Virus genome (UHGV): UHGV-0350075
Length of the DNA: 53,531 nucleotides
Reading direction: 5' to 3' (one strand)
DNA from: a virus
Positions 27,585-36,814 of this stretch are shown here, one piece after another (within the stretch, counting starts at the first letter, position 1; each line of letters begins with the position of its first letter). The translations under genes were made by a program, and so were the position numbers. A model generated the notes under the pieces. It ran no database searches and was not told where the DNA came from. It saw only the letters and a program-made list of their open reading frames with translations.

Positions 27585-27601
27585 CCCCGCTTCGCGCGGG
27601 G
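27585..27601. terminator. bidirectional hairpin terminator
   Basis: CCCCGC-ttcgc-GCGGGG with T-rich flanks on both strands, between convergent islet A and reverse-strand gene. Confidence 0.4.
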
Positions 27602-27607
27602 TCGTGT

Positions 27608-27808
27608 TTATACGCCATCAAGCAAAAATAATACTTCCCTACCCTCTCTCGATCTGCATCCGACATACCCGTCACCAACATCATGAAGATACCAGATCTC
27701 GCCATTGTCTGCCTTTACAGTAAGATCTTTAATTTCATAGTCGTCAAACAATGTAAAAGCGCCAGTGCGGTCCACTACACAAATACCATACATATTAACC
27801 TCCATCAT
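27608..27808 (-). CDS. hypothetical protein
   Basis: Track ORF 66 aa; start overlaps M stop (ATGA). Confidence 0.45.
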   Translation of the reverse strand: MMEVNMYGICVVDRTGAFTLFDDYEIKDLTVKADNGEIWYLHDVGDGYVGCRSREGREVLFLLDGV

Positions 27809-28158
27809 CTGACGACTTGCTCAAATGTTGCGTTTAGCGTGTACAAAGACCCGTCTTTAGTCATGCTCCATCGGCGGCAAACAAAAAGCCTTTGCACGTT
27901 ATCCATCGACGGCGACCAGTAAAAAGCCTCGACCGCGCCGCGCGCCCTCAAGAATGCTTCCGCCTGGATTGCTACGTTTTCACCATCACCACATCCGGCG
28001 CTACTGCCTTTAAATACCAGGGTGTAGCTATCAAGCAATGGATTGATGCCTTTTACCTGTCTTTGCTCATAACCATCGCCCAGCTTAACAACGGATACGT
28101 CCGGCTCCCTGGTCACGCTGTAGCTTCGTTGTGGCGTCCACCTGAACACTTCCGGCAT
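27805..28158 (-). CDS. M: minor tail protein (lambda M-like)
   Basis: 117 aa; FRWTP...VKLGDGYEQRQ resembles lambda M N-terminus (FRWKV...VRFGDGYSQRA). Confidence 0.7.
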   Translation of the reverse strand: MPEVFRWTPQRSYSVTREPDVSVVKLGDGYEQRQVKGINPLLDSYTLVFKGSSAGCGDGENVAIQAEAFLRARGAVEAFYWSPSMDNVQRLFVCRRWSMTKDGSLYTLNATFEQVVR

Positions 28159-28190
28159 AAAACCCCCATAAGTTACATTTTGTATATATA

Positions 28191-28215
28191 TTTACGCGCT
28201 TCTACGCGAAAAATG
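28191..28215. promoter_or_regulatory. conserved 25-bp box TTTACGCGCTTCTACGCGAAAAATG
   Basis: 22/25 identical to box at 40378..40402 upstream of portal; lies upstream of M. Confidence 0.4.
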
Positions 28216-28326
28216 AGATCTTCATCACAATGATTATAGCTAGTTTACAAAATGGCTTCACATAGTACGCAACAAGATGTATATAGAAAGCAAGAAGAAA
28301 AGCAGTACCAACGAAGGAGGCCCAAA

Positions 28327-28482
28327 ATGAAACGCTATGTAGTGGTAATGCTAAACAACGCATTCGAACAAGTGGAAATAGCAATCGTTAAGGGTTTCGA
28401 CGACGCATTCAAATACGGTCAATTCATGATGAATGCAAAAGAAGATGAATACCGGGACTTCTTCCTGAAGGCACTTAACTAA
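28327..28482 (+). CDS. hypothetical protein (moron islet B)
   Basis: Track ORF trimmed to ATG 28327 after AGGAGG SD; candidate sigma70 promoter TTCACA-17-TATATA upstream. Confidence 0.45.
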   Translation: MKRYVVVMLNNAFEQVEIAIVKGFDDAFKYGQFMMNAKEDEYRDFFLKALN

Positions 28483-28499
28483 GGATGATGGGGTGAGTT

Positions 28500-28754
28500 A
28501 TGAAACTGGTAGCGATTGACAAAAATCTGAAAGCACAGAAAAACGCGCCGGGACATGTAGTCAAAAAAGCAAAGGAACTTTTGAACGCGTTTTTAAACAA
28601 GAATGCGTCACCCAAAAAATTGAAAGACGGTTACGGCTACGCCTTCCGCGCCAATTTAGACTGGCGAGTCTATAGCCAGGATCTGAAAGAGTGGGTGATT
28701 GTTGAACACCATAAATTCAATGAATTGTCTGGCGTTCGCGGTTGCCATAAGTGA
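28500..28754 (+). CDS. hypothetical protein (moron islet B)
   Basis: Track ORF 84 aa; basic; 17 nt after previous gene. Confidence 0.45.
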   Translation: MKLVAIDKNLKAQKNAPGHVVKKAKELLNAFLNKNASPKKLKDGYGYAFRANLDWRVYSQDLKEWVIVEHHKFNELSGVRGCHK

Positions 28755-28872
28755 GGTGGGTATGGAGGACGATAAATTCACCTGGAGGGAGATCTGGAAT
28801 ATTTGGTTGGTGATGTTTTCTCGCAGCTATATAGCCAGAAACGGAAGATTGTAATTTGCGGAGGAAAACAAA

Positions 28873-29043
28873 ATGAAAAATCCGGCAAATAAAAGCAACG
28901 TAAAACGCATAGCATGGGTGCTAAAATATATGGATAGCAAAGGGGATACATATACATGCCCATTTTCCAGGTATACTGATGCGGTATTTGCCAGAAGTGT
29001 ACACGGAGGGAAAATTGAAAGAGGATATACAAGATTTGAGTAA
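28873..29043 (+). CDS. hypothetical protein (56 aa, moron islet B)
   Basis: Own translation MKNPANKSNVKRIAWVLKYMDSKGD...; GGAGGAAAACAAA upstream. Confidence 0.3.
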   Translation: MKNPANKSNVKRIAWVLKYMDSKGDTYTCPFSRYTDAVFARSVHGGKIERGYTRFE

Positions 29044-29081
29044 ATTTATTCACGAAATCAATAACATAATGAAGGTTTATA

Positions 29082-29261
29082 ATGATTATTCATGAGACTG
29101 AAGAATGCAGAAGGATTGATCTTAGTGTTGAAGATGACGGAAGATTATGGATCGTGAGCGACTGCGAGATGATTGTAATAGACAAAAAGCAAGCTGACGA
29201 ACTGATAAGAGCATTACAGCTTTATGCAAACGGCGAATTTAAAAATGATGAAATTGAATAA
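29082..29261 (+). CDS. hypothetical acidic protein (59 aa, moron islet B)
   Basis: Own translation MIIHETEECRRIDLSVEDDGRLWIV...; ends 5 nt before terminator. Confidence 0.3.
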   Translation: MIIHETEECRRIDLSVEDDGRLWIVSDCEMIVIDKKQADELIRALQLYANGEFKNDEIE

Positions 29262-29266
29262 AAATA

Positions 29267-29295
29267 GCCCCGGCATTGTGCCGGGGTTTTGTTTA
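29267..29295. terminator. bidirectional intrinsic terminator
   Basis: GCCCCGGC-attgt-GCCGGGG then TTTTGTTTATTT; between convergent islet B and tape-measure gene. Confidence 0.55.
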
Positions 29296-31506
29296 TTTCC
29301 TGCGAGGTTGCAACATTCCGCCAGGTCTGGATGATTCGCGGTGCATCAGGCCCATGCAGATCCTTTCCATGTCCTGTTGTAGCTTTTTGGCATCCTCATC
29401 GCTCCATCCATTTTGTGGGTAAACACTAATCGGCGCGTTTATGCTAACGCTACCACCACCAGCACCGCCAATGTCGCGATTTGGTATTACCCTGCCGTTG
29501 TCACCCGGAATCATGTACTGACTCCCATTGCTCGCCTGAAAGATCTCCGGTTTACCGTGTTCGCCGACCTTATAGAGGCTGCCCGCAGCCACCGCACCGC
29601 CGTTATAACGAGCGCCAGCCAAGCCAAGCGCTTTTGCTCCAGCCACACCAGTGGCAAGACTCGTACCCCCCACGGTCGCCGCGCCGCCCATCGTGGCAAC
29701 GTTTGCCAGGTATGCAGGAGTAGCCCACGCAGATCCCAAAGCGGTAGCCTCTGCCAATGCTTTAGCTGTTGCGGCTGCGCTGGCGGCCTCACCTATCAAT
29801 TGCTGCTTGACCCATTCAGCCCCCATTTGAACAAGCGTACCGATAACGGAGGAAAGGATTGTATTGCCAATGTTAGCCAGCGCCTGTTGCCAGCTTTGAG
29901 TGCCGTTAACCAGGCCGACGAGCGCATTTGTTGCAGAACCGCTCATTGCATCAACGGCATCACCTAACAGTTGGTTGCTCATTGACTGCGCCTTATATCG
30001 CTCCCATTCAAGGGTGAGCATTTCCTGTGCGTGCGCCCTTTCTTGCTCCCTCATATATTGTTCGGTAGCGCCCAAATCGGTAAGCATTTGCTTGCGAACG
30101 GTCCATTCATTTTGCGCCTGCTGTATTGGGTCTAGTTCACCGCGCTTCTGATCCAGTGATGGAATCATTTTGTCCCATTTTTCTTGCAGCCTATTGATCG
30201 GGTCGTTAATTTCCGCCAGAGTTTCGCGCAATTCATCACCAATTCCCTTCATTGCACCTTTGTATTCAAGCATGGTTATTTTCCCGGCTTTAAAGGCTGC
30301 ATCTATGGCTTTTTGTGATTCAAGCGCTTTGCGCATTGCTGCTGAATCTTCGTTATATGTATCTGAAATGCGCACACCCTGTTCCGCAAGGCGCTCGGCT
30401 TCTGATTTGCCGGATTTTTTACCTTTCCTGCCTTTGCCCTTACCAGGAGGTTGAGGCTTAAATGTTATGTGACTTACACCAGCTTGCCCCGTGGGGAGAG
30501 TAGAAACAAATGGCTGTTCTCCATCGCCAAACCATCCAACCTGTTTCGCTTGAGCGCGGAACAAACTAAGCCCAGGCACTATACCCTCAAACGCCCCAGC
30601 CAATAGCCACAATTTGTCAGTTAATGACGTGCTGTCGCTCGCCAGGGACTTAAACCAGCCGGATAATATTTGGACCTCACTAGAGATAGCTTGTATACCA
30701 GTAACCACCAAATCGGACACGCCAAGCGTTTGGTTTAGCGTGTCGATTAGCAGATCGAAGTTGTTTTTTAGCTCGTTAAATGCCTGATCTGTTGTTGTTG
30801 GCAGCTTTGCGAAGTCCTTCTCTATGTCTTCTGCGCCAGCAAGAATTGCGTTGGTAACGTCCTCGGCTGTTAACTTACCATCAAGCATTCTTGCGCGAAG
30901 TTCGCCCATCGAGATTCCCATTTGTTTGGCTACGCGCCGCCACACCTCTGGCATATTTTCAAGCACAGAATTGTATTCTTCCGCGCGAACAATGCCGCCC
31001 GTCAGTGACTGCCCTAACTGGCGAAGTGCGTTTGACATTTCATCTGAGGAGCTACCGCCGATACGCCCTATTTTTTGAAGCGAGTCGGTAAGCTGCAATA
31101 CCTGCTGACTTGTCGCGCTGGTATCCTGAAGGCTGGCCTTTAGGCTTTCCCACAGCTTCCCGGTGCTTTGAACGCTCATCCCTGTACGATTCGATATCTG
31201 AATAATCCCGTCAAAATTCGATTTTGCGTCAGCAATGCCACTCGATAATCGCGTCACCCTGGCGCGTAGCAGATTCACGTTATCTGCGATCTCCAGGAAT
31301 TTTTTTGCAGCCATGACCATCATTCCAATGTTCACGGCTTTGGATAAATTACTTATCGTGGTGTTAAGTGACTGAACTGATTTATCTGTGCGTTTAGCGC
31401 CTTGCTCGATTTTATCAAGCGAGTCCTCCGCCTTGCGTTGAGCTACGAGTAACCGTTCGGTTTTTGCGTCAACGGTATACTCAATCGTGCCTACATTTGT
31501 GGTCAT
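29293..31506 (-). CDS. tail tape measure protein
   Basis: 737 aa; helical/coiled-coil, Gly/Ala-rich C-terminal part; between chaperone-position gene and M. Confidence 0.8.
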   Translation of the reverse strand: MTTNVGTIEYTVDAKTERLLVAQRKAEDSLDKIEQGAKRTDKSVQSLNTTISNLSKAVNIGMMVMAAKKFLEIADNVNLLRARVTRLSSGIADAKSNFDGIIQISNRTGMSVQSTGKLWESLKASLQDTSATSQQVLQLTDSLQKIGRIGGSSSDEMSNALRQLGQSLTGGIVRAEEYNSVLENMPEVWRRVAKQMGISMGELRARMLDGKLTAEDVTNAILAGAEDIEKDFAKLPTTTDQAFNELKNNFDLLIDTLNQTLGVSDLVVTGIQAISSEVQILSGWFKSLASDSTSLTDKLWLLAGAFEGIVPGLSLFRAQAKQVGWFGDGEQPFVSTLPTGQAGVSHITFKPQPPGKGKGRKGKKSGKSEAERLAEQGVRISDTYNEDSAAMRKALESQKAIDAAFKAGKITMLEYKGAMKGIGDELRETLAEINDPINRLQEKWDKMIPSLDQKRGELDPIQQAQNEWTVRKQMLTDLGATEQYMREQERAHAQEMLTLEWERYKAQSMSNQLLGDAVDAMSGSATNALVGLVNGTQSWQQALANIGNTILSSVIGTLVQMGAEWVKQQLIGEAASAAATAKALAEATALGSAWATPAYLANVATMGGAATVGGTSLATGVAGAKALGLAGARYNGGAVAAGSLYKVGEHGKPEIFQASNGSQYMIPGDNGRVIPNRDIGGAGGGSVSINAPISVYPQNGWSDEDAKKLQQDMERICMGLMHRESSRPGGMLQPRRK

Positions 31507-31523
31507 GATTGTTACTCCACTTT

Positions 31524-31539
31524 TGTGATCTGTGTATCT
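31524..31539. promoter_or_regulatory. CRP-like half-palindrome TGTGATCTGTGTATCT
   Basis: Left half TGTGATCT conserved, 18 nt upstream of tape-measure start; CCATTTTGTATAAAG copy at 31572. Confidence 0.3.
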
Positions 31540-31764
31540 ATTTTATACAAATTGTCTTTACTATAACGACTCCATTTTGTATAAAGAGGCTAAAGGAAAG
31601 GGATAGAGTAAAGGGATTTAAAATGACCGGATAAACCGGAGGAAGTAAAAGAGGACAAGAAAATGAAAAACGCAAACTATCGTCCCAACGAACATGAACG
31701 CTATGCGGACTTCATAGAAGAAATGTTAAAAGCACTTAAAAACAAAAATTAATCGAGGCGGGTT

Positions 31765-32262
31765 ATGAAACTGTTAGTAAAAGTTGCGGTAGCTGCGGTC
31801 ATGGCGGTATTCGCGGCCAATGCAAATGCAAGTAATGAAGTTAGCAAGATGTGCGACGCTATTTATCCAGCCTACGAAAAAGCATATACAATGGCAAATG
31901 TAAACTTCTTTTCAATTGGTAGGCACGGCGTTAACTGGGAGTATTTCATCTTAAATGAAGATAGCAGGACCAAAAAAGGTGACGCTGAAATGATAAAAGC
32001 GCACGGTGAAAGTTTCGCTTTCGTGATGGCTGCTGCTGAAAACAAACAAAATGATAATGAATTTAAAAACTTTGTCGCTGGACTTGCCATCATGGCTGCT
32101 GAACGGGCGATAAAAGATCACGACAATAACGCTTATGCCGCTGCCGACGGGATGGCGTTAGATAGGGTAAGAATTGACTTCAAAAACATGTGCGTCAAAG
32201 AAGGTGCTAACATGTATAAAAAAGCAATAGATAAACACCACGAATATTCTATAGGTTATTAA
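31765..32262 (+). CDS. secreted/periplasmic protein of unknown function (moron)
   Basis: 165 aa; signal peptide MKLLVKVAVAAVMAVFAANANA; opposite strand; followed by terminator. Confidence 0.55.
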   Translation: MKLLVKVAVAAVMAVFAANANASNEVSKMCDAIYPAYEKAYTMANVNFFSIGRHGVNWEYFILNEDSRTKKGDAEMIKAHGESFAFVMAAAENKQNDNEFKNFVAGLAIMAAERAIKDHDNNAYAAADGMALDRVRIDFKNMCVKEGANMYKKAIDKHHEYSIGY

Positions 32263-32265
32263 AAA

Positions 32266-32292
32266 GGCCCGGATCTACCGGGCTTTTTCTTG
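32266..32292. terminator. intrinsic terminator after secreted-protein moron
   Basis: GCCCGG-atcta-CCGGGC followed by TTTTTCTT. Confidence 0.5.
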
Positions 32293-32961
32293 CTCGCGAT
32301 TTTTCATTCTTTTTAGTATCTCCATAGCACCATTCATTCCATCGTCATAAGCCTTTTTATCCAGCAATACATTTGGGCGTTTTTGTTTGTTTCTTGCTTC
32401 TGGCGGCGTTTTAGCGCGTACAGCGGCCCTATATCCGGTCATTGTCATATTCCACGCTTCTGATTCTGATAACCCCAGGTGAGCTACGGCAGAATAAACG
32501 AATTCCAGCACGTTAAAAGTCGGCTTATATTCCCCTTCCCGGATCTCTCCGGCGTCTTCTTCTGGCCCGTCACCGATTAAACCGTGATACATGCAATGTT
32601 GCGCCAGCGTGATAACGTCACTGGTCGGCATCAGTCCGGGTTTTAGTCGCAATTTGCCGGAAGGAGTAAACCTACATTCACCCAATAACGGGCCTATTTC
32701 GTCTTCTGAGCAACATTTCAGGATGTGTATTGACGTTTGCACTATCTCACCATAACACCGCGCCAGAATGCGATTGCGTAGGTCTGGATCTGCTGGCAAT
32801 CGTGATGGATATTTGCCACCGTGGATGGTTGCGAAGTATTCGACCAGTTCTCTGTCACTGCCGATCTTAGCCATTGCAGCGAAACAGGGATTAAACACAT
32901 ACCGCCTGCCGTCTACCACCGCCGCAAATTGTCCTGTTCGAACATGAATCATAGTTTTCAC
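32275..32961 (-). CDS. putative tail assembly chaperone (by position)
   Basis: 228 aa between major tail and tape-measure genes; no diagnostic motif recognised. Confidence 0.4.
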   Translation of the reverse strand: MKTMIHVRTGQFAAVVDGRRYVFNPCFAAMAKIGSDRELVEYFATIHGGKYPSRLPADPDLRNRILARCYGEIVQTSIHILKCCSEDEIGPLLGECRFTPSGKLRLKPGLMPTSDVITLAQHCMYHGLIGDGPEEDAGEIREGEYKPTFNVLEFVYSAVAHLGLSESEAWNMTMTGYRAAVRAKTPPEARNKQKRPNVLLDKKAYDDGMNGAMEILKRMKNREQEKAR

Positions 32962-33005
32962 CCTAAAAGAAAGGGGCCAACGGCCCCGATTATTAATATT
33001 GATTA

Positions 33006-33482
33006 TTATGCTGCTGGGATGTCGCCAACCGTCACCTTACCAGCGCTTGAGCACTCAATAGACCAGGTGGAGACATCATCGTTCGGGTCTTCCTCTTTAA
33101 AGGAAGTGCAAAGGAATGGACCTTCAGTTACATCAACCGGAGAAACAAGTTTAAGCCACACATAAGGCTGAGATCCGGTTGTTTCACCAGGGTTAATAAC
33201 GTGACGCTTCAGTTCTTTCTGATTATGGATTGCTTCAGTACGCGATACACCATCGCCGGAGAAAGAAACAGATTTGTAAGTAACCATTGATTCTTTTGTG
33301 TAGTCTGCTGATTTATCAGCGGTGGCGTCTGCGGTTTCCCATTCGACTGAGAGCGTTTTGCCGCGCATCATTCCTAACGCTTTGTAGTCGTCATCTAACG
33401 GCTTCGCGTTAGGACAAGCGATAGCGAAGAATACAGCCACGTCGCGGCCCAAAAACGCGCCCTTTTCGCAAGTCTGAGACAT
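33006..33482 (-). CDS. major tail (tube) protein
   Basis: 158 aa; position upstream of chaperone and tape measure. Confidence 0.5.
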   Translation of the reverse strand: MSQTCEKGAFLGRDVAVFFAIACPNAKPLDDDYKALGMMRGKTLSVEWETADATADKSADYTKESMVTYKSVSFSGDGVSRTEAIHNQKELKRHVINPGETTGSQPYVWLKLVSPVDVTEGPFLCTSFKEEDPNDDVSTWSIECSSAGKVTVGDIPAA

Positions 33483-33494
33483 GTTTATTACCTC

Positions 33495-33881
33495 TTATCT
33501 GGATATGATGGTTTGAAAAGCTACGGTGAAAATAAAGCGCCCTTCTCTTGTCTGCATTGCAGGAATAGCGCCAACTGGCTTCATATGTGTAATTTTATCA
33601 GTTTTATATTCTGTTAACATACTTTGACGGATGGCGTCGGCAAGGTCTTCCACTTCACTGATATTTGCATCATTACGCGCCGAAATAACCAGGATGCGGA
33701 AATAATCACGGGTTATTGCTTCCTCACCAGCCGCGCCGCCGTTTTGCTGGATGACAATGTATCTGTCGTTATTTGAATTGGATCGCTCATTCCAGAAACG
33801 GGCCTGCAAAATATAGCCTTCATCGTACCCGTGGGATTTAATCCAATCCCTTATTTCGTCGTATACTTCGCTGCGTTTCAT
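33495..33881 (-). CDS. tail terminator-like protein (by position)
   Basis: 128 aa between gp10-like gene and major tail gene. Confidence 0.4.
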   Translation of the reverse strand: MKRSEVYDEIRDWIKSHGYDEGYILQARFWNERSNSNNDRYIVIQQNGGAAGEEAITRDYFRILVISARNDANISEVEDLADAIRQSMLTEYKTDKITHMKPVGAIPAMQTREGRFIFTVAFQTIISR

Positions 33882-34318
33882 GTTTTGTAACCTTCTACAA
33901 TCTCTTTATAAATATCGTCAGCGTTGTTTGGATCTTCGAATGCCTTGCGCAAAAATTCCGGCTCCGCGTTTGGGTCCCAATATTTACCTTTTCCAGTACC
34001 GCCGCCGAATTCAACCCCTTCGCTAGTCTTGCCGAAATGTTCGCGCGGCTGTCCTTTTAATTTACCTGGCATATTGTGCACCCATTCAGCATACCGGGCC
34101 GTATATCCCAGCCGTAACTGCATACCCTCCGCCGTGCTACCTATATACTGAAATTGGCTGTTAATTAAAAAACCCGTATCAACGGGGGTCATGTTCGCCG
34201 CGAAGCCACCAGCCAGCATCCCTACTCGCCATAACACCTCATGAGTTTTCTTATCTGTGATTTCCTTTAGCTCCTGCTTTAATCGCTCCCTGACACGTTT
34301 AACACCCTTGATAGGCAT
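33878..34318 (-). CDS. tail completion protein (HK97 gp10-like)
   Basis: 146 aa; family-like pattern and position. Confidence 0.45.
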   Translation of the reverse strand: MPIKGVKRVRERLKQELKEITDKKTHEVLWRVGMLAGGFAANMTPVDTGFLINSQFQYIGSTAEGMQLRLGYTARYAEWVHNMPGKLKGQPREHFGKTSEGVEFGGGTGKGKYWDPNAEPEFLRKAFEDPNNADDIYKEIVEGYKT

Positions 34319-34320
34319 GA

Positions 34321-34689
34321 TTAACCCCCTGTCACGATCTTATAATCCGGCGTGTCGTTAAACATGCTCATATCCCATTCAACGATTCCGGTTATAACGT
34401 TCGCACCTGCCGCCAGCGGGTCTGAAATATCAGTGGTGTCGCCAGTGGCAATCATCCAGCCTTTTTCCGGGCGCTGCACTGGCTGCATATTGTGAAGCAG
34501 TTCGGTAAATACAGTTATTGTATTGCTAACCTCATTGCCGTTTGTGTCTGTTGCAGTGCCGTCTGTGCGCTCCCATGCGCAGTTAATCAGGTATGGTGCA
34601 CCGTATACATCGGAGTTTGTCCAGTCGTCATGCGTTACGGGGTAAATGGTGGCTAATGCCTTGTAACTGAATCGCGCAATCTTACTCAT
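34321..34689 (-). CDS. head closure / head-tail connector protein (by position)
   Basis: 122 aa; synteny. Confidence 0.4.
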   Translation of the reverse strand: MSKIARFSYKALATIYPVTHDDWTNSDVYGAPYLINCAWERTDGTATDTNGNEVSNTITVFTELLHNMQPVQRPEKGWMIATGDTTDISDPLAAGANVITGIVEWDMSMFNDTPDYKIVTGG

Positions 34690-34867
34690 AACCGTAACTC
34701 CAGCTAATGACCTTTGGATGAGTTTTCGCCACGCGCGGGCAAAGAATTACCCATTCACCAGCATCATTGAGATAGGCGGCGACCTGTCGCCCTGTGTCAG
34801 TCTTCACCCATACGCGGGTAAACGGCTTCGGCATTAGTGGTTTTGGTAACGTTAGGTCGTTCCACAT
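34682..34867 (-). CDS. hypothetical protein
   Basis: Track ORF 61 aa, overlapping both neighbours. Confidence 0.4.
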   Translation of the reverse strand: MWNDLTLPKPLMPKPFTRVWVKTDTGRQVAAYLNDAGEWVILCPRVAKTHPKVISWSYGYE

Positions 34868-34869
34868 GG

Positions 34870-35256
34870 TTACATCCTCCCACTCTTACCTATCCATAGT
34901 CCGGCATGTGCGGTGGCTTCAGGATCTGCGGGAATCAGTTCGGCTGTGCAATTATGCCTGTCAATCGAGCGTAGCAACGAGCAAGCCGCCTTCCATTTTT
35001 TATTGAAATCAACATAGCGGTAAGACTGGCTTGCACCGTTCGGACCTGTGTGTGAGGAAACGTATTTATTCGCCTGTGTGAGTCCTAATAGCCCGATCAG
35101 ATAAAGCTGAATTAATGTTGCAGTGGAGGCCGGATAGTTAGCATCAAGGCATTCATTAACGCTATTTGCCTGTTCCACCAGCAAAGATAAGATAATGTCT
35201 GGCAGGTCAATACCCTGGCTTTCAAGATATTCCCGCGCCTGTTCTGTAGTGACCAT
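34870..35256 (-). CDS. head-tail adaptor protein (by position)
   Basis: Track ORF 34870..35292 trimmed to ATG 35256 because the upstream extension runs into a terminator hairpin. Confidence 0.4.
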   Translation of the reverse strand: MVTTEQAREYLESQGIDLPDIILSLLVEQANSVNECLDANYPASTATLIQLYLIGLLGLTQANKYVSSHTGPNGASQSYRYVDFNKKWKAACSLLRSIDRHNCTAELIPADPEATAHAGLWIGKSGRM

Positions 35257-35272
35257 TTTGTTTGCTCCACAT

Positions 35273-35302
35273 ACAAAAAAAATCCCCGGCATCGCGCCGG
35301 GG
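35273..35302 (-). terminator. intrinsic terminator/attenuator after major capsid gene
   Basis: CCCCGGC-atcgc-GCCGGGG followed on reverse strand by ATTTTTTTTGT, 20 nt after capsid stop. Confidence 0.55.
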
Positions 35303-35321
35303 AGTTACAGGAAATACAAAA

Positions 35322-36374
35322 TTATTTGTGACCGTAAACGACACCGGAACGGCCCAGCATGTCGCAGGTGATTTGTAAACCTTCGGCAGACATGATTTTG
35401 AAGTTGTAGTTATCGGTAGGCATGGTGCGCGGCAGAGGCACTACGCCAGTAGTCATACCAACCAGCGGGGTAATGACGTTGCGGCGGCGTTGATAGGCAA
35501 TGAACTCGTTGCCTTTCAGTGCATAGGTCTGACGGATTTCTTTAACCGGAATGAACGGTTTAACGATATTCAGAACACTGCCTACGACAGTCCCGTTTGC
35601 AATGTGCGGCGCTGCCAGGTTAGCCATAATTTCAGGTGACACCCACATGAGATCATACTGGTCAACGCGGTTGTTGCGGGCCATAACACCGAATGCACCA
35701 GTGGTGAAGAATTTGATGAGAGCATCGAATCCGTCAGTGGTGAGATCTTCGGAGGTCATGACTAGTTGCTGGGTATTGCGGTGATTTTTAATACCCTGGC
35801 CAGGTTTACCGTTGACGTTGATTTTTGCGTTACCGTTAAGGTAATAATCAACGCGGGCCTTGTTGAATTTTTGCAGTTTCAGGCGCTGGCTATCCAGTGC
35901 AAGGTCAATACCAACAGTTTTCAGACCTTCGGAATGACGCCAGCTGACACCGTAACCCGCTGCGAACATCGGGATCGGGTCGCCATCGCTGCCATATTCA
36001 GTGTGATCGAAGCCATGCGGGGCTTGACCATCGATACTAACGACAACTTCATCGTTAATATCACCGGATACACTGTACATTTTCTCGGTTTTACCGATTG
36101 GCAATACGGTTTGCACAGCCATCAAATCGTTTACGATTTCAATACCAGTCTCTTCGGTGCTCATTTCGATAATCTGGTTATCGACAGCTTTCCAGAACTC
36201 CTGATCGAAGCCGCCAACGGCATTACATGCCAGGATGTCAGCGGTCATGTTTGCCATATTTGCGGCAATAAGAGCGCCGTCCTGATCATTGAACATGTTG
36301 CGCTGCGCCCACAGGTGATCCCACTGAGCACGAATGCGGCTGTTGGTAGCAAGGTTGTGTTTATTAAACAACAT
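35322..36374 (-). CDS. major capsid protein
   Basis: 350 aa; after scaffold and decoration genes, before terminator; forward-strand overlapping ORFs judged shadows. Confidence 0.7.
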   Translation of the reverse strand: MLFNKHNLATNSRIRAQWDHLWAQRNMFNDQDGALIAANMANMTADILACNAVGGFDQEFWKAVDNQIIEMSTEETGIEIVNDLMAVQTVLPIGKTEKMYSVSGDINDEVVVSIDGQAPHGFDHTEYGSDGDPIPMFAAGYGVSWRHSEGLKTVGIDLALDSQRLKLQKFNKARVDYYLNGNAKINVNGKPGQGIKNHRNTQQLVMTSEDLTTDGFDALIKFFTTGAFGVMARNNRVDQYDLMWVSPEIMANLAAPHIANGTVVGSVLNIVKPFIPVKEIRQTYALKGNEFIAYQRRRNVITPLVGMTTGVVPLPRTMPTDNYNFKIMSAEGLQITCDMLGRSGVVYGHK

Positions 36375-36393
36375 AGTTTTTCACCTCTTATTA

Positions 36394-36804
36394 TTATGCA
36401 ACGCGGACACGTACAAAATCAGCCGCTTCAAGGGTTACAGCTTCCTGGCAGAAAGCGAAAACCGGATCGGCAGAGTCACCAGTTGCCGCTACTTTAAAGC
36501 CATCAGCACCAATGGTGATACCAGCGTCTTTGGTGTAAGTGCCTTCAGGAAGCAGGATTGCGAATTCGCGGGCTTCTTCTGCGTAGTCAGCGACCACGGA
36601 ATGACCAGCCGGAATTGCATCTTCAATACCCAGGCCTTCATGGTATGCTGGATTAACAACATAAATACGGCCTACGGTATCGGTGGCGGCAACGAATTTA
36701 CCAGCCGTCATTTTTACCGGGGTGCCTGGTTTAAGCTCTGCGGCAGATACTGCGGTTTCGGTAATAGATTTACCGTCAATATTCACACGACGAAAACGGG
36801 CCAT
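36394..36804 (-). CDS. head decoration protein (DUF2190-like)
   Basis: 136 aa just upstream of capsid gene; Gly/Ala-rich beta-type composition. Confidence 0.5.
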   Translation of the reverse strand: MARFRRVNIDGKSITETAVSAAELKPGTPVKMTAGKFVAATDTVGRIYVVNPAYHEGLGIEDAIPAGHSVVADYAEEAREFAILLPEGTYTKDAGITIGADGFKVAATGDSADPVFAFCQEAVTLEAADFVRVRVA

Positions 36805-36814
36805 AATTCACCTC

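Noticed and set aside
29413-31091. Several forward-strand ORFs inside the tape-measure gene
   Set aside because: Antisense to a 737-aa gene with clear tape-measure character; Cys/Ser/Arg-rich shadow frames.
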